Source: Candidatus Rariloculaceae bacterium (GTDB taxonomy: Bacteria; Pseudomonadota; Gammaproteobacteria; Steroidobacterales; Rariloculaceae). From it: a DNA stretch of 64,000 bases. The first letter of the stretch is position 1, and the number at the start of each line of letters is the position of its first letter. This document shows, in pieces, positions 1 to 9,874 of the stretch. The translations under genes were made by a program, and so were the position numbers. The stretch covers positions 5,417,648 to 5,481,647 of the forward strand of contig OZ253541.1 of assembly GCA_965262365.1 (NCBI GenBank). Reading direction: 5' to 3'. Under the pieces are notes generated by a model, which ran no database searches, was not told the DNA's origin, and saw only the letters and a list, made by a program, of their open reading frames with translations.

Positions 1-410
1 GGCACTGCTCGCTCACGATCGGCACTACGAACGAAATTATGTAAGCCAGCCTGCCTGAAGCAAGGCCGGTTGGTTTGGCTTCAACTACCAAGACAAGGAG
101 GAGACGCCAGAAAGGTTGCACCAGGTACGACACGAGGTGATGGGCAACAGGTAAGACCGCGATCCGCCAAGCTTGAATCCAATCTCGGGCATCAAGCCCT
201 TTTGGATGGCCCTCTTTATGGGTGCCAGCACTAATCTGAAAGTGTAGTCATTCTGCCAGTCTGAAATTGTTGTTTTCTTCGGGGGCGTCTTCTTCGAAAA
301 GCTTCCACTAAGCGGTTCTTCGTTTTCTTCGTTTTCTTCGGCCCATTGACTTTCGGCATCCCGCTCCGGTGCCGATGGCCGCATCATCGGCGGTCGGAGG
401 AAGGCGATCG

Positions 411-558
411 ATGACGAAACGAAGACGACGCAAGTGTCTGAACTGTGGGCGGTTGTTTCGCCCGGACCCGCGCAATCGGCGGCACCAGCGTTACTGCTCG
501 GCGCCCGATTGCCGCAAGGCGAGCAAGGCGGTGAGCCAGGCGCGCTGGCTGTCCAAAC
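411..558 (+). pseudogene. N-terminal fragment of a Cys-rich (CxxC...YC..C) transposon-associated hypothetical protein, cut by an IS66 end
   Basis: ATG at 411 after GGAGGAAGG; MTKRRRRKCLNCGRLFRPDPRNRRHQRYCSAPDCRKASK...; the IS66 terminus GTAAGCG starts at 559. Confidence 0.55.
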
Positions 559-598
559 GTAAGCGTTCCGTCAAGGGGGGATCAGCGTTGATCGTACC
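559..598 (+). mobile_element. IS66 left-end stub (40 bp)
   Basis: GTAAGCGTTCCGTCAAGGGGGGATCAGCGTTGATCGTACC closely matches the left end at 7470-7509 and starts with the canonical IS66 GTAA. Confidence 0.8.
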
Positions 599-697
599 GT
601 TCCGTCAAGCGGGGATAGATGACGGCCATTTTTGGCCGATCCAGTGAGCGCGGTGCAAGCGAGGGAGGGCTGATAACCTGATCGGTGTTCGGATAAC

Positions 698-1363
698 CTA
701 CCGGTTGAGGGTTCGTTGCCAGTCTTTGCGCAGGGGGCGAAGCCAGATGTCCTTTTTCGGCTTGTCGTACTGTTTGTAGCGGGCGTTGTCGATCACCAGC
801 GGCAGGTTCTTCTGGCGCAGCGCCGGCGTCCAGCCGATGAAGCGGTCGCGCGGGGCGAGTGTCCGTGCCGCGGTGGAGAAGCCGAGCAGGGCCAGCAGGC
901 GGCCGTGGCGGTCATGGACGGTGTAGCGCATCTGCGCGCCGACCAGGGTCTTGTAGCCGAGGTAGTGGTAGCGGGCGATGAACGCGTTCCACTGCTTGCT
1001 CTGGGGAGTGGCCCCGAGCACGGTTCGCAGGCGGATCGGACGCGCCTCATTGAGGGTGACGGGCGGCGGTTCCAGCGGCGCGTCGGTTTCGGGCCCGAAC
1101 GTGATTGGCACGGCCGGGTTGCGTCCCCACTTCGGCGGCGGCAGGGCGATGCGCCCGTCACGGTGCATGGCCAGCATGGCGACCCGCGCCATCATGTCCT
1201 TGAGCCCGCCGTCGGGCTTGTACCAGCCGATGCGCCGGCAGAACTCTTTCGACAGGGCGAAGCGGTTCAGGGCGGGGAGCCCGGCGATGAGCGCGCGCAG
1301 CAGCGCCATTTCCTCCACCGTGAAGTCGCGTCCGTAATAGCGGCACTCCATTTCGGCGGTCAT
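698..1363 (-). pseudogene. DUF4338 protein with an in-frame 72-aa internal deletion
   Basis: Translation equals 9871..10752 except ...IDNAR|YKQYDK... Confidence 0.85.
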
Positions 1364-1620
1364 CCCGGGGCCATCAGGGTCCGTCGGCGCGCCTGGCTCA
1401 TCGACCACGGCAGCCACTCGGACAGGTCCGGTGGCGCCCGCCCGCCATTGGCCGCGCACGCGTTAAGCCACTCGTGCAGCCAAGCGCGCACATTGAGGCC
1501 GTTCAACGCGAGCGTGCCCACGACCGAGTACATCATCGCGGTGAACCGCGCGCCGGCCTCGCTGTCGGAGCCGAACGACAGGCGCCGTCCGATAACCGCG
1601 CTTCGAAGCGTGCGCTCGGC
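1360..1620 (-). pseudogene. IS66 transposase C-terminal fragment
   Basis: AERTLRSAVIGRRLSFGSDSEAG...TLMAPG, same as the end of 7625..9874. Confidence 0.85.
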
Positions 1621-1810
1621 CACGTTATCCCGGAACCCGGATTATTCCGGAATCGATGTCTCGGGAGCCGACTGTCCCTGCAATGTCGGGTGCTAAATGC
1701 CTGAATAATCACAAACTGTCTTCTCCTGCTGGCCTGCTTGCCAGCGTACGCAGCGGGACACCGCCCGTCTGGCGCCGGTTGATCGCGAACCTTCACACGA
1801 TGACCCGGTC

Positions 1811-2470
1811 ATGGAAACGGTGGAGCGGTATGAGCGCTTCCTCATCGACGAACGCGGCGCAAGCCCGAAAACGATACTGGCCTATCTCTCGACCGTCCGT
1901 GACTTTCTTGGCGACTGTTTCGAGTCCAGGTGCCAGGATCTTGGATCTCTGGATTGCAGTCACATCAACGGGTTCATACGTCAGTCCTGCCGGACCCAAT
2001 GCTCGGCGACGACACGGGTCCATGTTGCCGCCCTGCGCAGTTTCGCGCGGTATCTGTATCGATCCGGGATCGTCACTGCCGATATTGCCGACGGAATGTG
2101 CCGGGTCAGCACCTGGCGCCTGGCGAACTTGCCGACGGCGTTGGCACCGGACCAAGTCGAAGCGATGCTCGCCAGCTGCAACCGCGAGACGGCCACGGGC
2201 CGGCGCGATTACAGCGTTCTCATGTTGCTGGCGCTCCTTGGGTTGCGCGCTTGCGAGGTCGTCCGTCTGACGCTGGACGATATCGACTGGTCCAACGGCA
2301 AGATTACCGTGGCCGGAAAAGGCGGTCGGCACGACGTTTTGCCGCTGCCCCACCAGGTCGGCGAAGCGCTGGCGGCGTATCTGCAGGGCGGTCGACCGAT
2401 TTGTGCGACACGACGTGTGTTTGTGCGGCGTTATGCCCCTGTAAACGGCTTTCAGTCATCGGCCGCGGTT
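1811..2470 (+). pseudogene. Truncated tyrosine recombinase (RIT/XerD-like)
   Basis: Integrase SAM-like N-part, ...GRRDYSVLMLLALLGLRACEVVRLTLDDIDW...GKGGRHDVLPL; breaks off before the HxxR and Tyr boxes. Confidence 0.75.
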
Positions 2471-3009
2471 GCCCTAAGTGCCAGAGCCTGTCGCAAACTC
2501 GATGGGTCGAGCGCCAGTGCGCCGATCTGCTGGACATCGGCTACTGGCACGTGGTCTTCACCTTGCCCCATCGGCTCAGGTCCTGGCCCTACACTCACAA
2601 GACCGCCATCGGCAACCATCGGCTGATCGACTTCGACGGCGAACACGTGCGGTTCCGATGGCGCGACTACGCCGACGGCAACCGGCGAAAGGTCATGCGG
2701 CTGGAGGTCGACGAGTTCATTCGCCGCTTCCTCCTGCATGTGCTGCCGCGAGGCTTCACCCGCCTGCGCCATTACGGGTTGCTCGCCAATCGCAACCGAT
2801 CCCGGAAGCTTGCCCAATGCCGTGCGTTGCTTGGACAACCGGAGGCCGAACCGCCGAAGGAGGAAACCGCGCAGGAACTGATGTTGCGTGTGACCGGAAT
2901 CGACATTGCCGTGTGCCGGTACTGCGGACGCGGCCAGCTGCGACACCTTGCCATCCTCAAACCGGGTACCGACGCAGTGGTGCCGGCGCCGACGGCGAGA
3001 CCGCCATGA
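2466..3009 (+). pseudogene. IS91-like (Y2) transposase relic with internal deletion
   Basis: RGCPKCQ zinc motif, YWHVVFTLPH joined directly to YTHKTAIGNHRL...FIRRFLLHVLPRGFTRLRHYGLLANR. Confidence 0.8.
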
Positions 3010-3291
3010 CGATTTGTCTGGAACCGGCCAACACCCCTAACCGATCAACGCTCATTGCGCCGCAAGCGACACTGCGCCCGGCTCGGGCGAACACTGGCGT
3101 GAAGGCCACGGAACACACGCGCAACCGCGTGCAAAACCGTGGTTCATCGGATCGTCCTGGCAACGGCCGGCCATCGGTCGCAAAGAGTTGACCCCATCGG
3201 TTCCGCCTGAACCGTTACTTTCCCCATAGCGCGACGCCCGCATCCCGGAGGACGATGCCGAACTCCAAGGGCTGCTGACGCCGAACAGCGT

Positions 3292-6200
3292 TTATCTCAA
3301 CGCTGACTCGAGTCGTGGAAGCGTGTTCGGGTGTGCGGGTAGCATCCATTGGATGTCACGGGAGACGCCGGTGAACTCAATTGGCGTGGCTTCCGCGCGC
3401 TGATCTGTCAGTTCTCCGTCCTTGTACCAACCCAGGAGATAGCGCGTGATTTGGTCATCTGACCACCAGAGAGATATAGCATCAGCCGTCCCAACGGCGC
3501 CGGCAGTATATGTGATGGTGAGGTACAGTGGGTCGGTCCATTGTCCTTTCGATCCGGTAGCAAATGGCCACCGATCCGAGTCATCTTCCCACGAAACATC
3601 TTCCAAATAATCTCCCCAATAAAGGTAGAGAAACTCCCCAACGATCGGAGGATTCGCTTCCATGTCCGGCCAGAGCATTTGTATCGTTACCTGGTCAAAG
3701 GCGGGAATCTGCGACGGCAGCCATTCTTCGAATTCATCGTAATAGTCATCGACGCCGATGCCGAATGCTGCCTCGAATGCCTGCTGCCAGGTTGAATTCT
3801 CACCGAGTAACTTCCAGAACTCCACATAAGCGTTTTCCGACGCTTGCTCGGCCAGGAATTTTGCTGCAACGAAACTCAAGGCATAGTAGTAGATTTCACC
3901 GAACGTACATCTGGCATCCGAATACTCTGCCGTTCTGGCCAAATCACCGTAATTGAGTTCGTCGTTGACTTGGGACCAACCCAAGTCTTTGTAGGGGGAG
4001 TACCTGTCACCCACGAAGGGGCGTCGACCCGGCCTGGTTGGGGTGTACTTGTAATCGGCATAGGAAGCGAGCCCTTCCACCAGCCACTGGGGCGCTACGG
4101 CCTGGGTGTCAGTGTGCCATCCAATCTCGCCGTTCTGTAATTGCGAAAATCCCGAAGCAAGTTGTCCCTGGAGAACATGGAAGTACTCGTGAGCGATATG
4201 GTGTTTGAGTGAAGTGAACGAATAAGCCCCCAATCCGTACATGAGCGTAATGACGGCACTGCCCTGGGCGGAAGATGTAACCCACGCATCCGTATATTTA
4301 GCGTCGGGGTGATAGAAGTACCTGAGATCTGTTCCGACTACATCCCCGTATACCGGTGCCAGCGTTTCGTAATTCGTACCGACCAGAACGGTGAAGTTCG
4401 TTGCCGTAACACCAAACTTATCGGCGAAGTACCTTCGGCTGTACTCCAGCTCTTCGCGCAACATGGTCTGCTCGATATCCGGTACATCTCCTGCAAACAT
4501 CCATGTCACAGTGGAATCGATATACTCAAACGGCTTCTCCACGGAGACGCGCACCGCGTAGGAACAGTTGTTTGCGGTATCGGACTCCCCAGACACTGGG
4601 TCGACACAAGCTCCGAAGTAGTAGGTTCCAGAGGTTGACGGGATTGTCAGGCTGATCGACTCATGGCTGGTACCTCCGGGGGAGAGTGCGCTCAACGCGA
4701 TTGTGCCGACCTCCGTGTCCGTCGTTGAAATCGTGAAGTCCGTCGAGCGATAGTAGCGTAGCGTAGTGGCGGCGGACTGACCGGTGCCCTGGTTGCGGAC
4801 GGTCGCATAGTAAGTGATCGAGGCCCCCGGTTCAGGATTGTTGTCGCTAACCGATGTGGACACGACCACCAGGTCCGGCCCGGAAACCTGACCGCAGGTG
4901 ACGTCGTCATCCAGCGGGCATGCGTCATCCGTGTCGGAAACGCCGTCATTGTCATCGTCCGTGTCGGCGTTGTTGCCGATCCCGTCGCCATCCGTGTCGA
5001 CGGACTCGCCCGGATCCTGCGGGAAGGCGTCGTTCGCGTTGGACACGCCGTCGTTGTCGTCGTCCCCGTCGACCATCCCGCCGCCACCTGTCGTGGGCGG
5101 TGTCGCGGGCGCCTCGGTGCTGCCGGCCACCCGATCCATCCGCCACACCCCTTCGCCTTGGTGCGAGGCCTCAAAATCGTAGACCCGCCCGTTGATCGTC
5201 TGGTTGGTGATCCGGATCCTGATACCGGCCAGGAACGTCAGGAACGAACCCCGGCCGCGTTCATTGACGCTGAACGCGTCCGTCGTGCCGGGGTAGGTGC
5301 AGCTCTGCCCAATGCTCACCGACAGACTCACGTAGCATTCGCCCAACGAACCTGTCTCGGTCGTGCCGGTGTTCACCGTGATGGTGAAGCTGAGCGTGTC
5401 GGTGTCGTCATCCTCATCCGTCACGGTGTACGTCATGGCATGGGTGCCCGCCGTGGTCGGTGTGCCGGTGAGTTGGCGCGCGGTGGCGTTGAACGTCAAC
5501 CCGGCCACGTTGGGCGAGAGACTGTAGGCCAGGGTGCCGTTCCCGCCGCTCGCCTCCGGCAGCGTCAATGCATCGATCGCGGTGCCAACGGTGTAGGTCT
5601 GGTCACCCGGGCCGCTTACACTGCGGAAACTCGGGAATCGATCCACTTCGCCCGAACCCGCCGCACGCCCGGTCACGGTGCCTTGGGTCACTGCCCCATT
5701 CACAATGCTGCATCCCGCTGGCGATGTGCAGGTGTATCTCGTGCCATCGCTCAGCTCGAAGTACTCACCGTCATTCAACTCGATCGTCGTGCCGGCGCCG
5801 GTGGCTGTGACACTTCCACCGGACGCCACTGCTGGAAAGAAAAATCCGGATGTGGGCACGCCGGGGAGCATGTCATCAACCCCATACGTGGTGTCGGTGA
5901 CCTCACCGCCGTCATCCTCGTCATCCTCAATGGACCAGCTCCCGCCCAGCCAGGTCCCGTCCGCCGGGTAATCGCTGCCGGTGCAGTGAGAGGCGAACCA
6001 GCCCGCCGTGTGCGTGGAAAAGTACAGGTTCGCCGCGCATTCGTCGCCGTCGTCGTAGGTGAGCGTCAATCGGCCCGCGTCTGGGCCGATGCCTTCGTAG
6101 CCGTAGCTGCCGGTGTAGGTCGTTGAGGTCCCATCGACCTCGCCGGTCTCGCTGAACTCATCGCCCGTCATGGCATTGAGCGTGAAGCGGTCGCTACCGC

Positions 6201-7119
6201 TAAGGTAGACAACGTCGATCCCGACGAAGCGTTCGTTGAACGCCTCAAGATCCGCCGGCGCCGCTCCCGGCACCGCAGTCGTTGAAAGGTTGTTCCAGTA
6301 CCCGGCGGTGGCCGCGACGATATTCACCACCTGAAGCGGCTGGTCCGACGACACCGTCAGCCGCCACTTGCCGGTGCCGGCGCCCAACTGGCCCGTGATG
6401 GCGGTGGCACCCGCCTCCAGTTGCTGCGCGGTCAGCGTCTGAGCACCGCCCGCCGCAAGCGTCAGCGTCACGTCTCCCCCGGTGGCCGCGGCACCGCCGT
6501 CGTCGCGCCCCGCAATCGTCACCGAAGCCGCCGCATCGCCCGGATTGATCAGCCGCAGCCGGCTCACCTGGGTGGCGTCGCTGGCGGGGTTGAAGATCGG
6601 CACTTCATAGGTGTAACCGTCCGACCCGTCAGTGGCCGCCGCGCCGCGCACCGTATCGTGCATCGCGCTCAGTGTGCCGTCGGCAGCGCGAACGAAGGCC
6701 AGGGGCACGATGGAAAGATCCGTCTCGATCTGAAGGCGCGCATCGCCCACGTCCGTGCCGATACCCCCGGTCAATCCCAGGGTCGCGTTACCGGAGGCAA
6801 GGTCGGTGGCCGTGAACTGCACCGCCGCCGAGGCGTTCAGCGTGAAGGTGGCGGGACCGGATCGTGTGCCGGCGTCATCGATGGCGTAGATCTCCACCGT
6901 GCCGGACTCGTCCGTGCCGTTGAGAATCCGCAGCACCCCCTGCGGCTCGCTCGATGTGCCCGCCGGCGCCAACAGCGGCACCGTGTAGTGCTCGGCTTGC
7001 GCCGCCGAAGCAAAAAACAGCAGACCCGCGAGGACAAGGCGTCGGAAAATCCTGCTCTTAATTTTGATAAGCCTTCCCGGCCTGCGGCGAGTCCATGCAG
7101 CGGTCAATTTGCGGAACAT
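3292..7119 (-). CDS. Large secreted modular protein: duplicated N-terminal beta domains, putative Ig (He_PIG-like), thrombospondin type-3-like Ca repeats, CARDB, C-terminal HExxH zinc metallopeptidase-like domain
   Basis: Signal-like RRLVLAGLLFFASAAQA; DGDDDNDGVSNANDAFPQDP/DTDGDGIGNNADTDDDNDG; PDLVVVSTSVSDNNPEPG...VRNQG; HHIAHEYFHVLQ...WLVEGLASY. Start uncertain (7158 or 7119). Confidence 0.8.
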   Translation of the reverse strand: MFRKLTAAWTRRRPGRLIKIKSRIFRRLVLAGLLFFASAAQAEHYTVPLLAPAGTSSEPQGVLRILNGTDESGTVEIYAIDDAGTRSGPATFTLNASAAVQFTATDLASGNATLGLTGGIGTDVGDARLQIETDLSIVPLAFVRAADGTLSAMHDTVRGAAATDGSDGYTYEVPIFNPASDATQVSRLRLINPGDAAASVTIAGRDDGGAAATGGDVTLTLAAGGAQTLTAQQLEAGATAITGQLGAGTGKWRLTVSSDQPLQVVNIVAATAGYWNNLSTTAVPGAAPADLEAFNERFVGIDVVYLSGSDRFTLNAMTGDEFSETGEVDGTSTTYTGSYGYEGIGPDAGRLTLTYDDGDECAANLYFSTHTAGWFASHCTGSDYPADGTWLGGSWSIEDDEDDGGEVTDTTYGVDDMLPGVPTSGFFFPAVASGGSVTATGAGTTIELNDGEYFELSDGTRYTCTSPAGCSIVNGAVTQGTVTGRAAGSGEVDRFPSFRSVSGPGDQTYTVGTAIDALTLPEASGGNGTLAYSLSPNVAGLTFNATARQLTGTPTTAGTHAMTYTVTDEDDDTDTLSFTITVNTGTTETGSLGECYVSLSVSIGQSCTYPGTTDAFSVNERGRGSFLTFLAGIRIRITNQTINGRVYDFEASHQGEGVWRMDRVAGSTEAPATPPTTGGGGMVDGDDDNDGVSNANDAFPQDPGESVDTDGDGIGNNADTDDDNDGVSDTDDACPLDDDVTCGQVSGPDLVVVSTSVSDNNPEPGASITYYATVRNQGTGQSAATTLRYYRSTDFTISTTDTEVGTIALSALSPGGTSHESISLTIPSTSGTYYFGACVDPVSGESDTANNCSYAVRVSVEKPFEYIDSTVTWMFAGDVPDIEQTMLREELEYSRRYFADKFGVTATNFTVLVGTNYETLAPVYGDVVGTDLRYFYHPDAKYTDAWVTSSAQGSAVITLMYGLGAYSFTSLKHHIAHEYFHVLQGQLASGFSQLQNGEIGWHTDTQAVAPQWLVEGLASYADYKYTPTRPGRRPFVGDRYSPYKDLGWSQVNDELNYGDLARTAEYSDARCTFGEIYYYALSFVAAKFLAEQASENAYVEFWKLLGENSTWQQAFEAAFGIGVDDYYDEFEEWLPSQIPAFDQVTIQMLWPDMEANPPIVGEFLYLYWGDYLEDVSWEDDSDRWPFATGSKGQWTDPLYLTITYTAGAVGTADAISLWWSDDQITRYLLGWYKDGELTDQRAEATPIEFTGVSRDIQWMLPAHPNTLPRLESALR

Positions 7120-7624
7120 GCTCACCAACGACGAATACATCGTGTAGGGATTGCGCACGATATTGACGAACCGGGCCGCCGGTCAAAAGCTCCAACCATG
7201 CGGCACTCACCGTGGCGATGTGCGCGACACGACCGCGTCCCTCGCCGTCGAACCCATTCCATCGCCTCCATCCTCGGCTCGCGACGAACGTCCGGGCGTG
7301 TTCCGGAACCGAAGATCCCCGTCCACCGGCTTTCCCGGTGCGCGCGCGCGCGAGCGATGAAAAAATACACACGAAAGCCATAGTAGAAGAATGGCGCGCC
7401 GATGTATCTCCCCAACATTGGGGGAGAGGAGGCGTTTTTTTTTCGAACGGTTTCAGTCGGTTACGGAGAGGAACCGTTCCGTCAAGCGGGGATCGGCGTT
7501 GATCGTACCCTATTTTTCCGTAATCGAGCTGGCTGGCGGCTTCGAGTATTTTGTGACCGGTGCCGGTGAGAAAATCGCTTTGGGGCGCTGGTAACACGAT
7601 CGGCATTGCGGTATCGTTGCGCGC

Positions 7625-9874
7625 ATGGCGATTCGCGCAGAGGATGTCCGCACAGAACTGACGCTGATTGAGCGTGCCGAGGGGACCGGGCCGCAGCCTA
7701 AGGCGGTGCCGGCGGGTGAGCGGCGCGACTACCGTTTGCTGTATGAGCGGGAGGTGGCGCGGGCGGGCGAAGCCGAAGCCCGGGCGAAAGCGGCCGAAGC
7801 GCGAGCCGAAGAGTTTCGCTGTGCGGAGGTCAGGACCCGTTTCGAATCCGCTTCCTGGAAGCATCGGTACGAGCTTTCCCGGAGGAAGCTGACGAGAGTC
7901 GTCGAGCAGACGAAGGCAATCCGGGGCACGGCGAACAACGCGCAGTCGTTGCAGGGATCGCAGCACCGGAAAGACACGATCAAGTCGCTGCGCACGGAAC
8001 GCGGCGGGCTGCGCAAGGAGGTGACCCGGCTGAACCGGGACCTCACTCGGCTGGAGACGCGTCTGGCCCGCCAGACGGAGAAGTCGGAGACCCACAAGAA
8101 AACCATCCTGCGGCTTTACAAAGAGGACGTTCGGCTTCGTAGGGAGCTGAGGGGATTACGCGATCAAGAGGATGTAGTTGGGTCGCTGTGCGACGAGGTG
8201 TACTGGTTGCGTTATGCCCTGAAGAGGTCGGAGGCCGGGAAGGAGGCGTTGAAAGCCCGGCTGGTCAAGCTTCGCGCCACCGGGGCGACGCTTTCGAAGT
8301 TGCCGTCCGACGAGGTCGCACAGCTGCGCAAGGCGCTGAGGCGGTCGCGGCGCCAGAAGACGACGATCAAGTCACTGTACAAGGAGAACGCCCGGCTGCG
8401 CAGGGCGGCGCAGGTGTCGCAAAGCCGCAAGGAGGCCTTGAGCGCGGAGTTAGCGGAGGTTCGTGCGAGTCGGGCCGTATTGTCGAAGTGGCTGTACGGG
8501 CGCAGGAGCGAGCAACAGGACAAGTTCCGCTCGGCGCGTCGGCGCGGCCAGCAGCCTGGCGCTCCCGGCCATGGCCGCACCCCGCGACCGGGGCTTGAGG
8601 AACGGATCGAAATCCACCAACCGCCGGCGGAAGCATGCGTGTGTGGCCGCTGCGGTACCCCGTATGTGGCCAACGGCGAGCGTTCCACCACGATCGTCGA
8701 AATCGACGTGAAGGCGCATACACGGCGCATCGTCCGTCCCCGCTGGCGCCGGCGGTGCGACTGTGCCGATTCCCCGCCGGATGTTATCGCGGCAACGCCG
8801 GACCGGGTGTTCGCCCGCGCGGCCTACGGCACCAGCGTGTGGACGCATGTTCTGTTCGAGCGCTACCTGTGCAATCGGCCGCCGAACGGGGTGGCGATGT
8901 CGTTGTCGCATCAGGGACTGCCCATCTCCGCCGGTACGCTGGCCCGCGGGCTGGCGCGGCTCGCGCCGCTGTTCCAGCGGCTGGCGCTGGCGATGCTGGA
9001 GCACCAGAACGAGGCGGCTGTGCGCCACGGCGACGAGACCGGCTGGCGTATCCAGGCGCTGCGCCAGGCGGGACGTTCCGGGCGCGCCTGGCTGTGGGTC
9101 TCGGTGACCGAGCATGCCGTGTACTTCCACATCGATCCCTCGCGCAGCGCCGAGGCGGCGCTGAAGGTGTTCGGCGGTGCCGTGGGCGTGCAGGTCCTGG
9201 TGGTCGACCGCTACTCCACTTACAAGAAGCTGGCCCGCGTGCTCGAGGGCCGGGTGATCCTGGCGTGGTGCTGGGCGCACCAACGCCGCGACTATATCGA
9301 CTGCGCCGCCGGGCAGGTGGAACTGAGCGAATGGTGTCAGGCATGGTTGGGGCGCATCGCCGCAATCTACCGGCTGAACAAGACGCGGCTGTCGCATTAC
9401 GAGTCCAGTGCCGAGAGACAGAACGAGGCGTTCGACACCGCGCAGCGGGCGCTGGAAACCGAGGTCAAGGGTCTGTTCGCCACCGTCGAACGGGAACTGG
9501 CGGGGCTTGACGACACCGCACCCGAGGCCGGGCCGCTGCGCTCGCTGCTGAAGCATCGCGATGGCCTGAGCGTGTTCCTCGAACGGCCCGAGGTGCCCAT
9601 GGACAATAATTTTGCCGAGCGCACGCTTCGAAGCGCGGTTATCGGACGGCGCCTGTCGTTCGGCTCCGACAGCGAGGCCGGCGCGCGGTTCACCGCGATG
9701 ATGTACTCGGTCGTGGGCACGCTCGCGTTGAACGGCCTCAATGTGCGCGCTTGGCTGCACGAGTGGCTTAACGCGTGCGCGGCCAATGGCGGGCGGGCGC
9801 CACCGGACCTGTCCGAGTGGCTGCCGTGGTCGATGAGCCAGGCGCGCCGACGGACCCTGATGGCCCCGGGATGA
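7625..9874 (+). CDS. IS66-family transposase (TnpC-like) with a long N-terminal coiled coil
   Basis: LYGRRSEQ, RRRGQQPGAPGHGR, CxCxxC zinc finger, RHGDETGW, LVVDRYSTY, WCWAHQRR, DNNFAERTLR. Confidence 0.9.
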   Translation: MAIRAEDVRTELTLIERAEGTGPQPKAVPAGERRDYRLLYEREVARAGEAEARAKAAEARAEEFRCAEVRTRFESASWKHRYELSRRKLTRVVEQTKAIRGTANNAQSLQGSQHRKDTIKSLRTERGGLRKEVTRLNRDLTRLETRLARQTEKSETHKKTILRLYKEDVRLRRELRGLRDQEDVVGSLCDEVYWLRYALKRSEAGKEALKARLVKLRATGATLSKLPSDEVAQLRKALRRSRRQKTTIKSLYKENARLRRAAQVSQSRKEALSAELAEVRASRAVLSKWLYGRRSEQQDKFRSARRRGQQPGAPGHGRTPRPGLEERIEIHQPPAEACVCGRCGTPYVANGERSTTIVEIDVKAHTRRIVRPRWRRRCDCADSPPDVIAATPDRVFARAAYGTSVWTHVLFERYLCNRPPNGVAMSLSHQGLPISAGTLARGLARLAPLFQRLALAMLEHQNEAAVRHGDETGWRIQALRQAGRSGRAWLWVSVTEHAVYFHIDPSRSAEAALKVFGGAVGVQVLVVDRYSTYKKLARVLEGRVILAWCWAHQRRDYIDCAAGQVELSEWCQAWLGRIAAIYRLNKTRLSHYESSAERQNEAFDTAQRALETEVKGLFATVERELAGLDDTAPEAGPLRSLLKHRDGLSVFLERPEVPMDNNFAERTLRSAVIGRRLSFGSDSEAGARFTAMMYSVVGTLALNGLNVRAWLHEWLNACAANGGRAPPDLSEWLPWSMSQARRRTLMAPG

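Larger units (their letters stand above)
594..1620 (-). mobile_element. Inverted partial copy of the IS66-DUF4338 element (right end, internally deleted DUF4338 gene, transposase 3' end)
   Basis: Reverse complement matches ~9613-10855 with a few substitutions and a 216-bp deletion; similarity stops at 1620. Confidence 0.9.

Noticed and set aside
85-387. 100-aa acidic ORF
   Set aside because: No recognisable motif, at the window edge in decayed DNA.
7441-7464. Possible extra IS66-like end (...CGGTTAC) beside the left TIR
   Set aside because: Only 7 bp match, and there is no supporting element.
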